A stretch of DNA of 32,000 bases from positions 60,001 to 92,000 of the forward strand of contig OZ245768.1 in NCBI GenBank assembly GCA_965227835.1, given 5' to 3'. The notes beneath the pieces are model-generated. The model had not been told where the DNA came from. It ran no database searches and saw nothing but the letters and a program-made list of their open reading frames with translations. The translations under genes were made by a program, and so were the position numbers. Positions 12,047-22,747 of the stretch are shown one piece after another; the first letter of the stretch is position 1; every line of letters begins with the position of its first letter. The stretch is from Candidatus Saccharimonadota bacterium (GTDB lineage: Bacteria > Patescibacteriota > Gracilibacteria > BD1-5 > UBA6164).

Positions 12047-13207
12047 TTATTCTTGTACTTCACTAACTTCTTCTTCCAAAGATTCTTCTTTAACTACTTC
12101 AACAGTTTCTTCTTCAACTTCTTCATTTTCTTCCTGCGATTTTTCAAGTCAAAAGATTGTTATATTATCCAAAGAAAAATCTGTAATTCAATAATAATAA
12201 ACTCTATATTCCATACTTCATTTATCTGTTCTTAAGAAATCTATATCAAAATCTTGATATACATCATTTTCTTCAAAATCTTTAGCTTTTACAAACAAAG
12301 ACTTATTTAATCAATCTCAATTAGAATTAAATACTTCAATTCATGCAATTATATCTTCCCTAGAGTTATCACTTGTTTTTATTCTAAATACTGCTCTATG
12401 ATCACCTGGAAGTTCTTTTTCAGAATAAGGTCAAAATACCATATGATTAGCTTTATCTCTACCCTCTACTCAAACAAGAGCATATTTATTAGAAGCATCT
12501 TCATCAAATGTAATTTTTCATGTTTTTGTTCAAAGTTCCCTTTCTTCAAAAACTACACTACCTTCTCATTTTAAAGAAAATTCTCTTACTCCTTCAATCT
12601 CTATTATTCTTATATCATCTAAATATATTGTTTGTTCACCATTATAATATGCCCAAGGAATTACTTTAGTATCATCTTCCATAACCTCAAAATCTAGAGA
12701 AAATTTATTGTAAGAGTTACTTTCAAATTCTCTTGTATATATTTCTTTGTTATAATTATATATTTTTCTTTCATCATCATCCAATACATCAACATGCATT
12801 CAAGCTATTACTCCACTTACATCTCTACTATCTATTTTCATAGAGTAAAATATTCTGTAATTTCATTTATCAAGAATTATTGGCATATTATGTCATAAAG
12901 AACCTGGTCAATCTATAGATTTAGTTGCTTTTATAGAATCATTTTCGCTGGCATCAGGGTCATTTGTTATTACACTACCAACTTGATTATATATTTCTTT
13001 TGAACTAAAAGAAATAACTTCACCTTTTTTTTCTATTTCATCTTCTATTTCTACACTATCATCAACTATATCTTCAACCTTTGTTGTTTCATCAGAAACC
13101 ATAATTTCATTATCTTTTTCTAATTCTCCTTTATTTACTTCTTGTTTTGATTTAGAACAAGAACCCAAAATTACAAAAATTAACATTAAAAATAAAATTT
13201 TTTTCAT
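12047..13207 (-). CDS. Lipoprotein with two tandem ~110-aa repeat domains and acidic linker/tail
   Basis: 386-codon ORF verified open. Signal peptide plus lipobox MKKILFLMLIFVILGSC. There are two similar modules (YRIFYSMKIDS...IAGMHVDV... and AVFRIKTSDNS...IAGIEVFN...). Both the N-terminal linker and the C-terminal tail are E/D-rich. Confidence 0.7.
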
Positions 13208-13268
13208 ATTGTATTAAAAATTAAAAAATAAATTTCCTTATATTTTTCTGATACTGTGAGTTTCAATA

Positions 13269-14120
13269 CTAATGTTTTTTTACTCAAAATCAATGTTTTT
13301 TATCTCTAATATAAAATGAAAAATTTACAAAGTTTTCAATTGGAAATACTATGAATTTTATTATCTTTAGCCTTATCTTTGTAAACAAAGTTACTTTCTT
13401 GTATGAAGCCATAAAAGTTATTTTTTTATAAAATATCATAAGTTCTCTTAGATACCTTACTATACTAAAGAAATTTACAGCTGAGTTACTACTTAAGTTT
13501 ACCCTTACACTAAGTTCTTTTATCTTATAATTCTTTTTTTCTAAGTTATATAAAAACTCTACGTCAAAAGCGTATCAAAACATTTTTACATTTTTTAAGA
13601 ATATTTCTTTTAACTCTTTTCTAAATACTTTTAATCAAGTTTGAGTATCTTTTACAGACATAGAAAATAGCATTTTATTCAAAACTACATTGAAATTAAG
13701 CATTATAATCCTCATTATAGGGTATACTACATTTGATTTTTCATGAGTTTTTGATCATATCACTATGTGATATTTTTCATTTTTTAATAAATATTTTATG
13801 TGTTCTACCAAAGAGTCAGGTTCTATATCCAAATCTGAATCGTAAAAAGCAATTATATCTCAATTTGCTTCCCTCAAACCTTTACTTATGGCAAATCATT
13901 TTCACATATTCACTCAGTAGTCTACTACTTTTATAAAGTCATATTTTTCCTCTAACCTTTTTATTTCTTGGCTAGTATTGTCTTCACTTCAATCATTTAC
14001 CAATATAAATTCAAAATCTATATTTTCTAAATATTTTTTTAAATACAGATTTAAAAATTCCATATTTTTAAATATTTCTTCTCATTCATTGAAGCAGGGA
14101 AGTATTATGGAGGCTATCAT
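13269..14120 (-). CDS. Glycosyltransferase family 2, dolichyl/polyprenyl-phosphate sugar transferase-like
   Basis: 283-codon ORF verified open. Motifs: ILPCFNEGE, LVNDGSEDNT, NMGKGFAISKG, FYDSDLD, DTQTGLKVF. A C-terminal hydrophobic segment is present. Confidence 0.8.
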
Positions 14121-14323
14121 ATTTAAAATTTATTTAAATAAAAAAGTTTTAATCTTTGTATAAATTTTTACTATGTTTTAACAATTCTATCATAAATATT
14201 TACTTATGTAAAAAATTTTCAATTAAAAATTTTAAAAAGTTAATTGTAAGTAATTAATCCTTGATAAATAAGCTCTTTTAAATATTATCATTTTCTAAAT
14301 AAAAAATTCTAATTTTATAAAAT

Positions 14324-15763
14324 ATGACAAACAAATATATTCCTACGATATGACTTGAAATACATGTGAGAATAAAATCAAAAACCAAAATGTTTTGTTC
14401 TTGTCCAAATGCTATTTCTCTTGCTTTAGAACCAAACATAAATACCTGTCCTGTTTGTATGTGATTTCCTGGTATGCTTCCATCTTTGAATAAAGAGGTT
14501 GTTAGATTGGCTGTTATATGAGGTTTAATGATGAACTGTGAAATTAACAAAATATCTAGTTTTGATAGAAAAAGCTACAACTATCCAGATCTTCCTACAT
14601 GATTTCAAACTACTCAAATGTATGAACCTATAGTTTGAGCTTGAAATGTAAAAACTCTAGTTTCAGGTGAGATTAGAGATTTTAATATTCATCATATGCA
14701 TATAGAAAATGATGCTTGAAAACTTACACATGCTTGATGAAAAACTCTTTGTGATTACAACAGAGCTTGATCACCTTTGATGGAAATAGTTACAGAACCA
14801 GTATTTCATAACAAAGATGAAGTTATGGAATTTTTAAAAGAACTTCAAAAATTATTTAGAGCAGGTTGAGTTTCTGATGCTGATATGGAAAAAGGTCAAA
14901 TGAGGTGTGATGTAAATATTTCTATATCTCCCGAGTGATCTAGCGAACTTTGAATTAGAACCGAGACAAAAAATATAAATAGTTTTAGTGCAATAGGTAG
15001 AGTAATAGATCATGAAGTAAACAGACAAATAAACATAGTTGAATCATGAAATTTAGTTGATCAAGAAACTAGATGATGGGATGATGATTCTTGAAATTCT
15101 GTTACTCAAAGAAGCAAAGAAAATGCCATGGATTATAGATATTTTCCCGAACCTGATTTGTTACCATTGAAATTGGACGATAAATTTATACAGGAACTTA
15201 AAAGTAGTTTACCAGAACTTCCAATTGAAAAAAGACTAAGGTATTTAAATGACTACAAACTAAATGGGGATGATGCAAGGCTTCTTACTACAGATAGAGA
15301 ACTTAGTGAGTATTTTGACAAACTAGTTGAGCTTAGCTGAGATTCCAAGAAATCTTGTTCATATATAACAACTGTCCTTCTTTCTATGATAAATGAAAGT
15401 GAAGATATTTCTTCAATTACTCAATTAAAGTTTGATATAAAACAATTAGCATATGTTATAAATTTAGTTAATAAAGATGAATTATCATCAACCAATTCTA
15501 AACAAGTTATAGAAGAATTATTTAAAAATTGATGAGATAGTGATTCTATAATCGATAAAAATAATTTAAGACAAAAAAACGATACTGAAACTCTGGAGAA
15601 AATAGTAGATGAAGTTTTGAAAAATTGTGAAGTCCAGGTTTCAGATTATAAATCTTGAAATACAAATATTTTTTGATTTTTTGTTTGACAGTGTATGAAA
15701 GCTTCTAAATGACAATGAAATCCAAAGATATTTAATGAAATTTTGAAGAAAAAACTAGATTAG
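14324..15763 (+). CDS. gatB: Asp-tRNA(Asn)/Glu-tRNA(Gln) amidotransferase subunit B
   Basis: 479-codon ORF verified open in code 25. Motifs: [72 protein letters not shown] sits exactly on the invariant Gly residues. Confidence 0.95.
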
Positions 15764-15957
15764 TTTTAGTTATTTAATAGATTTTTTTAGTATTAGCCAC
15801 TTTTTTTAATTTATCAATTTTAAAATGAGCTTTATTAAAATAAAGCTAAAGATATTTATCTTTTCTTTTATAAAAAATGCTAATTTTTCATATATAACTT
15901 AAAACCTTTTTATATCAAGAAATTCAATTTATGTTTTTTACTTAAAACCAAACCACA

Positions 15958-17088
15958 ATGGAAATTTACATAGATTTAAAAAAACAAACAAACGATTCAT
16001 ATGATATAGTTTTTACTAAACAAGTATGAGATAAAATATTAGATTTTTTATTGAAACTAAAGAAAAAAAGGGTTCTTATAATAAGTGATTCTAATGTATA
16101 TCCACTTTATTTTGAACCTCTAAAAAAATCAATAGATGAGGATATTTTAGTATATGGTTTCCAGTTTGAAGCTTGAGAAAAAAGTAAAGATATAGAAACT
16201 GTTTTGCAAATATGTAAAAAATTAATAGATCTAAATTTTGATAGAGATGATATACTTATATCTCTTTGATGATGAGTTGTTTGAGATATAGTTTGAATGG
16301 TTGCAGGTATCTATAAAAGATGAATTGATTTTATTCAAATACCTACGACTCTTCTTTCTATGTTTGACTCTTCTGTTTGATGAAAAACTGGTATTGATTA
16401 CTTGGGAATTAAAAACATTATTTGAGTATTTAAACAACCAAAACTCGTTCTTATAAATTGATTATATCTTTCAACCTTGGATGAAGAAGAGATATTATCT
16501 TGATACTTTGAATGATTTAAACATTCTCTTATAAAATCTAGGCACTATTTTGAAAAATATTTAAAAGAATCAGACTTATTTTTTTCAAAAGACTTTTCTA
16601 ATTTAGATAAATCTATTTATGAAAATGTTTCAGTTAAAGTTGAAATAGTGATGAAAGATGAAAAAGAATTTTGAGTGAGGAAATTTCTTAATTTTGGACA
16701 TACACTAGGGCATGCTTTGGAATCTGTATCTGATTTTTGAATAAAGCACTGAGTTTGTGTCTGACTTTGAATGATTTATGCAAATATACTATCAAATAAA
16801 TTGTGAATTCTTTCAAGTAAACTAATGTTTGATATCAACAATTTTCTTTTGAATAAGTTAGCTTTTGTGTGAATAGAATCAATTGAATTTAGTTTTGAAC
16901 AAATTTATGGAAAAATGCTTTTAGATAAAAAAAATACCAATGAAAGTATAGTATTTGTTTTATTAGAGTCTCCTTGAAATATGATTTTTAAATTATTTTG
17001 AAATCAGGATAAATATATATTGAAAGAATCTTATGAAGATTTTAGAATGTTTATTAAAGCTTCTAAAGGGACCTCTGCAAAAAGATAG
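15958..17088 (+). CDS. aroB: 3-dehydroquinate synthase (last 6 codons supplied by the inserted IS end)
   Basis: 376-codon ORF verified open. GGGVVGD is written TGA TGA TGA GTT GTT TGA GAT. Also PTTLLSMFDSSVGGKTG, KNIIG and NFGHTLGHALE. Confidence 0.92.
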
Positions 17089-18274
17089 ATTTAAATTACA
17101 AAAATATAATAAAAAGATTAAAATATGATAAATATTTTAATTTTTTTTTAATGATTATGTCACCATTTAAAGAACAACAAACATTTTTGAATTATTTCCA
17201 AAATGAGTTATGAATTACAAGAACAGAAAAGTTTCTAACAAAATTAGATAAAGTAGTCCCATGGGAATCAATATCAAATAAAATTAATTTATCTAGAGAA
17301 ATATCAGATTGATGAGTTTGAAGACCAAGAATGGAAATACAAAAAATGTTAAAAATACTATTTCTTCAATGACTATATGGATTATCAGATCCGGAAATAG
17401 AAGATCAAATAAGAGACAGAAATAGCTTTCAAAAGTTTCTATGAATATCTGAATCTAAAGATATACCAGATGAAACAACAATATGTAGATTTAGAAATGA
17501 ATTATCAGAAAACTGAAGTCAGGAAACTATATTTACAATGACTCAATTTATTTTAGCTGAAATGTGATTTACAGTAGAAAAGTGATTTATTCAAGATGGT
17601 ACTATAATAGAATCACCAAAATGAAGAAAGAATAATAAATGAGAAAATACAAGAGATAAGGAAGCTAGTTTTACAAAGAAGAATTGAAGAAGTTATCATT
17701 GATATAAAGCTCATATTGAAACAACAAAGAGAGGAGACTTTGTAATGAATACAACATATACGACAGCTAAGATACATGATTCACAATTATCTGATACTTT
17801 AATTACTTGAGATGAGAGTGAAGAGGCATATGGAGATAGTGCCTATATAAGTAAAGATAAAATAAAATTTTTAGATGAGTTATGAATTAAGTGAGAGTTC
17901 AATGAAAGATGATCTAGAAATAATCCGTTGACTTCTTATCAAAAAGAACAAAATAGAATTAAATCTACTATTAGGGCAAGAGTAGAACATCCTTTTTCTA
18001 TTTTAAAGGCTAAATATTGAAATTATAAAACAAGATATAGATGATTAGTTAAGAATGCTATGCACTGGTTTTTATCTTGTGCTATTTATAATTTTGAACT
18101 ATTGGCAAGGAGGTATATATAGCTTTCTAATAGGTGAATTGTGCCTAAATTTGGAAATTATACCTAAAAAAAGGCATAATTCATAGAAATTATCTTATAT
18201 ATTCTTCAAAAAAAGTGATTTTTATTCAAAATCACTTTCTTCTTACTCTTTTTTATAATTTTGCAGAGGTCCCT
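17067..18274 (+). mobile_element. IS5-family insertion sequence (1208 bp)
   Basis: 16-bp perfect terminal inverted repeats AGGGACCTCTGCAAAA (17067-17082) and TTTTGCAGAGGTCCCT (18259-18274). Flanked by the 3-bp direct repeat TAA (17064-17066, 18275-18277). Contains a single DDE transposase gene. Confidence 0.88.
17151..18122 (+). CDS. IS5-family DDE transposase
   Basis: 323-codon ORF verified open in code 25. N-terminal GGVGRPR (DUF772-type), then QDGT, YGDSAYIS and RARVEHPFSILK. It uses TGA = Gly, so the element is adapted to this host. Confidence 0.88.
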
Positions 18275-18290
18275 TAAATTTAAAAGGTAA

Positions 18291-18325
18291 GAGGTAGTCG
18301 TGCTAGCACGACTACCTCTCATTTT
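18291..18325. terminator. Bidirectional intrinsic terminator (28-bp perfect palindrome)
   Basis: GAGGTAGTCGTGCT/AGCACGACTACCTC followed by TCATTTTG. The reverse strand also leads into a T-rich stretch. It lies between the pre-insertion aroB stop and the convergent small ORF. Confidence 0.7.
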
Positions 18326-18328
18326 GTT

Positions 18329-18568
18329 TCACCTTTTTTCGCATTTATAGTAATCTTTTCCAAAAGTCCTATCCACCATTGCATATTGACCTACAAATAT
18401 GTAGCTTGTTGTCCTAGGTATTCTACAACTAACACCATCTGTTTTGAGTATTTCTGCAGTTCTAGCTGTTATAAAAGGTATCATGGACTTTTCTATATCG
18501 CCAGCAATAGCCACTTGTGGGGTGAAAAGAATTAATGCGATAGCAAAACATATATTCAAAAATTTCAT
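18329..18568 (-). CDS. Small secreted protein (signal peptide, 2 Cys); TGA-free ORF with Shine-Dalgarno
   Basis: AAGGAG lies 9 nt upstream of the ATG. Signal peptide MKFLNICFAIALILFTPQVAIA. The ORF ends in TGA 10 nt (18319-18328) from the terminator palindrome. Under code 25 the frame stays open to 18164. Confidence 0.5.
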   Translation of the reverse strand: MKFLNICFAIALILFTPQVAIAGDIEKSMIPFITARTAEILKTDGVSCRIPRTTSYIFVGQYAMVDRTFGKDYYKCEKR

Positions 18569-18638
18569 TGAACAATTCTCCTTTTTAGTTTAAACAAGAA
18601 CTTTAATTCTATTTACTTTTTTTCAAAATCAAATTTTT

Positions 18639-18666
18639 TTGACGAGTAGTTCTTTTTTAATATAAT
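18639..18666 (+). promoter_or_regulatory. Sigma70-type promoter for tRNA-His
   Basis: TTGACG (18639-18644), a 16-nt spacer, then TATAAT (18661-18666). The tRNA starts 15 nt downstream. Confidence 0.6.
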
Positions 18667-18680
18667 TTCTCAACTTTAAT

Positions 18681-18758
18681 GGTGCCTGTAGTTTAGTTGG
18701 TTAGAATATCGGGTTGTGACTCCGAGGGTCGTGGGTTCGAGTCCCATCAGGCACCCCA
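18681..18758 (+). tRNA. tRNA-His (anticodon GTG)
   Basis: Cloverleaf folded by hand. The extra G-1 pairs with C73. Acceptor GTGCCTG/CAGGCAC, anticodon loop TTGTGAC, T-loop TTCGAGT, encoded CCA. Confidence 0.9.
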
Positions 18759-18780
18759 TTTAAAAAACTTAAAAATGCAA

Positions 18781-18813
18781 AAGAGCCGCGTCTAGACGCG
18801 GCTCTTCTTTTTT
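18781..18813. terminator. Bidirectional intrinsic terminator
   Basis: 12-bp perfect G+C-rich stem AAGAGCCGCGTC-TA-GACGCGGCTCTT followed by CTTTTTT. An A-run precedes it, so it can serve the convergent minus-strand ORF as well. Confidence 0.8.
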
Positions 18814-18840
18814 AAATGGTTACTCAGGAACTACATAACC

Positions 18841-19235
18841 TTATATTGTATCTGAAGCTTTTACCAAAATTTCTTTAGTACCTTCTCTGGTCTGTATTTC
18901 CATACCATTTTCTAAGGTTTGCTTTAAATTTACCCTTACAAAATCAAACCTAGCAACCGTTGAACATATCGAAATTATTGCAATAACAACAGCAACTAGA
19001 AATAATAGCATAAAGCCCTTATCTTCTTCAATATCACATTCATACAATTCGAATGAAATCAAAAGTGTCACAAAAGAAATTACTGTGCATATTAAGCAAA
19101 GAAATGTTATAGCCGGTATTGGATCCCATTTTCCTTTGCTAACAAGATCAGGAAAAAAAATGGGGCAATAATAGTAGTAATAATTACGATGATAAATAGA
19201 ATAACTCCTTTATATTCTAATATTTTCTTTTCCAT
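18841..19235 (-). pseudogene. Small 3-TM membrane protein, frameshifted in an A8/T8 run; TGA-free ORF with Shine-Dalgarno
   Basis: AAGGAG lies 7 nt upstream of ATG 19235. The first frame stops at 19109..19107. Adding one base to the run 19153-19160 joins it to the 18841-19071 ORF, giving a 131-aa protein with three hydrophobic helices. TAA stop. Confidence 0.5.
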
Positions 19236-20104
19236 GTTTAAACTCCTTTGTTTGGTTGAGAAAATTTGGTAAGATTATTATTTTGATAATCTCCCAAAGT
19301 AAGAAATGAAGTGCAATTAAAAGAGAAGAAAATATAGTATTCCCCGTAGGGTAATAACATTATTTTCTAATATAATAAGATATGTACTGACAATTAATAT
19401 TCCAAGAGAGAGAAAGTATTGAATTTCATTTAAATAAATGATTAAAGAAAAAAGATATAGCATAAATACTAAAAAGATCAGAATCAACAATAAGCAGAGA
19501 GATATACAGAAATTCAGTAAAAAAACGATGAAACAATAAAAAAGTATATTTAGCACTAGAAGCAGAAATCAAATCATATCAAAGACGATGGCTAACAAAA
19601 ACTCAATCAATGAAAATAAATATGAATACTAATATGAAAAATTTCATAATAGAACAACTATCAATAACAGAAATACAAATGTCCCCAAAAACAATTGCTA
19701 AGAAACGGAATAATACTCAAACAGATAAAAAGAAACATATCTCCCATACAAGTATATATTCTTGGCTAGAAACTGGTATGTGAAATAAATATAAAGAACT
19801 ATTATTATATAAACATAAAGGTTATAGAAAGAAAAAACAACAAACAGAAAGAGTGAAAATTAAAAATAGAGTTAGTATTAAAGATAGACCTGAAACAATA
19901 AATAACAGAGAAGAAAAATGACATATTGAAGCTGATTTAATTGTTTCTAAAAAATGATTTAAATGAGCTATACTTACATTGGTTGATAGAAAGACTAGGT
20001 TACCTAAAATCTTTAAAATAAAAGATAAATCAAGTGAAAATATAATTAATCTAATAGCTTGAGTTAAAGATGATATATGAATTAAATCTGTTACTTTTGA
20101 TAAT

Positions 20105-20722
20105 TAATCCAACACTAAACCACCAGCTCTGCTGGTGCGAGTAGTGGAGGTTTTACCGTTCCGGTAGTTGTGTATAATCTTCTAGGAAGCACCTAGGAGG
20201 GGAATAACTTTTTAAAGATATGTCCCACAAATACGCAAAGCAGTCCCATGTGAATTGGGACTGCACTTACCACATAGTGGTGGTACCAAAGTACCGAAAA
20301 AAAATACTTTTTCAATCAGTTAGAAAAGATATACGAGACACATTTCATGAACTTGCAAAGAGATATGATTTTGAGATATTAAAATGAAATATAACGATAG
20401 ATCATGTTCATCTCGTTTTGAGGATATCTCCAAAATACTCTGTTGCAGAAATTCTGTGAAGATTGAAATGAAAGAGTGCAATAATACTTCATAACAAACA
20501 TAGTAAGAAGAAATGACTGTACTCGAAGAATTTCTGGAGTAGATGATACTATGTAAGTACAGTTTGACTTGACTTGGATATGATAAAAAATTATGTTCAA
20601 CATCAGCAACATAAGGATAAAACCATTGATGGAAATCAGTTAGATTTAAACTGGTAAAAACTATTTTAGCCCCTTCTAGGGGCTTCCATTTAAAGCTACC
20701 AGTTCTACTGGTAGATATTTAC
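20105..20722 (+). mobile_element. IS200/IS605-family element (tnpA only) nested in the IS30 transposase gene
   Basis: No inverted repeats or target duplication. Subterminal hairpins are related: CACCAGC-TCT-GCTGGTG (20121-20137) and CTACCAG-TTCTA-CTGGTAG (20696-20714). The junction is ambiguous by 1 nt. Confidence 0.8.
20220..20657 (+). CDS. tnpA: IS200-type Y1 (HUH) transposase
   Basis: 145-codon ORF verified open. Motifs: YHIVVVPKYRKKIL, DHVHLVL (HUH), LKGKSA, FWSRGYYVSTVG, with several Gly written TGA. Confidence 0.9.
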
Positions 20723-21291
20723 TGAATGGAATTTGCTAAGCATTATTTATTAAATGATATATGAATAGATACTTACTTTTGTGAACCTTATTCTTCTTGG
20801 CAGAAGTGAAGTGTTGAGAATTTAAATAGGATTATCAGGAGATTTTTTCCTAAATGAACTATATTTGATTATGTAAGTGATGAAAAAATAAAAAGTATTT
20901 GCGATATATTAGCAAATACTCCTAGAGAAATACTTTGATTTATTTCCCTTAATCAAGCACACTTTTCACAATCTTAATGTTGTATTTGGAATTATAACAA
21001 AATTTTTTATAATCTCAAAAATAAAAAATTTCTTAATGCTATATTTTCTTCTTTAAGTTCATTTAAAAAATTGCACTTCGGGGTTTAATTCAGGTAATCT
21101 TACTAAAATGTAGTCTAATTACAAAATTTAAAAAGTCAAATAATTTTTTGAGAAAACTTTGATTTATTGCTCATTTTTATATAATTTTTAGGTTATTTTT
21201 ACTATAACACCTTTTTTAATTATATCAAAAATCTGGTTTTCCTAATCTAATATAATTAAAAGTTATTTTATTTCTTAACCATTAAGTTGTT

Positions 21292-22635
21292 ATGACAACT
21301 GATAAAGATATAGTTCTGTTTCAAGAACTATTTGAAAAATCTCCTGAGATTAAATATCCAAAAATTTGAGAAGTTATCTCTGGTGAGATTGAAAAGATAG
21401 AAAAGAAAAACATTTTGGTAAATGTTAATAATCAATTTTCTTGACTAGTTGTGTCAAAAGAAGTTGGTAATACTGTAGATTTAAATGAACTAAAAGAATG
21501 ACAATCTATAGATGTCATGGTTCTGTGAGATTCAGTTGAAAAAGGTCTCTTAATATTATCATTAAAAAGGGCCAATCAAATTAAGTCTCTTAGTAATCTA
21601 GGTAAATATTTTGAATGATGAGATGTAATCACAGTTAAACCAACAGAAGCCAATAAATGAGGTCTTTTGGTTGATATAGATTGACTAAAAGGATTTATCC
21701 CAGTTTCTCAGCTGACACCTATACATTATCCTAGAGTAGAATGAGCTAATTCAGAAAAAATATTAGAACATTTAAACGGACTTATAGGAATTGATTTCAA
21801 AGTAAAAGTTATAAATGTTGATAGTGATTGAAAAAAAATTATTTTTTCCGAAAAAGCAGCTATAGAATGAGATAGATCAAAAGCTTTAGAAGGTTTGAAA
21901 AAGTGAGATATAGTTGAATGAGTAATATCTGGTATACTTTCTTATGGACTTTTTGTTACATTTAACTGACTTGAATGATTAGTCCATGTTTCTGAAATAG
22001 ATTGGGGACATGTTACAGATCCTTCAAAATTCGCAAAAGTTTGAATGAAAGTAAAAGTAAAAGTTATAGGACTTGATAGTGATAAAATATCACTTTCTAT
22101 AAAAAGATTAAAAGAAAACCCTTGGGATGTACTTGCTAGAGAACATAAACTAAATGATGTTATAACTGCACCTATATCTAGAATATCACAATTTTGAGCT
22201 TTTATTGAACTAGCTTGAGGTATACAATGATTGATTCATTTATCTGAAATATCTCACGGTGTTGTAAAAGATATAAGAGAATATGTAAAAGTTTGAGAGG
22301 AAATTAAAGCTAAAATAATAAACTTTGATCCTAATAAAAAAAGGATAGGTTTATCTATAAAAGCTTTGAAAGATTCTCCCAAAACAGATAGTGATAAACT
22401 AGAAGATCTCGATGAAATGGAATCTATGAAAACAGATCCTAAGCAAGAAAAAAATTCCTCTAAAGTAAAAGAAGACAAACCTAAAAAAGACATAAAAGAT
22501 ATAGAAGATGTATCTAAAAAAGAAGATAAAAAACCTGCTAACAAGAAAAAAGCAGAAACGAAAGATTCTTCAGTAGAAGAGCCTATTAAAGGTGATACTG
22601 AAAAACAAGGAGTTTTAGAAGAAACCTCAAAATAG
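21292..22635 (+). CDS. rpsA: 30S ribosomal protein S1 (four S1 domains plus K/E/D-rich tail)
   Basis: 447-codon ORF verified open. Repeated S1 motifs: G.V.G.V..I...G..V, e.g. GDIVEGVISGILSYGLFV and GLIHLSEIS. About half of the Gly codons are TGA. Confidence 0.9.
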
Positions 22636-22747
22636 AAAAATACTTTTAAATATTTTTGGGAAGTTTTTATTTATATTTTAAAAACACAGAGATATTTATT
22701 TAAAGACTTTTTAAAAAAGTTTTGTTTAAATCAATAATATATAAAAA

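Larger units (their letters stand above)
19610..20977 (+). pseudogene. IS30-family DDE transposase split by a 618-bp insertion
   Basis: Part 1 (19610-20104) contains GHIEADLIV...LTLVDRKTR...VTFDN. Part 2 (20723-20977) continues GMEFAKH...PYSSWQKGSVENLNRIIRRFFPKG. Joined, they restore the DNG-EF and ENxN catalytic motifs. TAA follows immediately at the junction. Confidence 0.8.
19308..21079 (+). mobile_element. IS30-family element, inactivated by a nested IS (about 1154 bp without the insert)
   Basis: Imperfect terminal inverted repeats: GAAGTGCAATT...AGAAGAAAATATAG at 19308-19346, and its reverse complement at 21036-21079. A further 9-mer GTAAGATTA (19269 / 21094-21102, inverted) leaves the exact ends uncertain. 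Confidence 0.6.

Noticed and set aside
19317-19556. 79-aa minus-strand ORF in the track.
   Set aside because: It lies inside the left end of the IS30-like element, upstream of its transposase. Its product is a low-complexity hydrophobic sequence typical of an AT-rich non-coding region.
19269-21102. Target-site duplication flanking the IS30-like element.
   Set aside because: No matching direct repeat was found at either candidate boundary (19269/21102 or 19308/21079). The exact ends remain uncertain.
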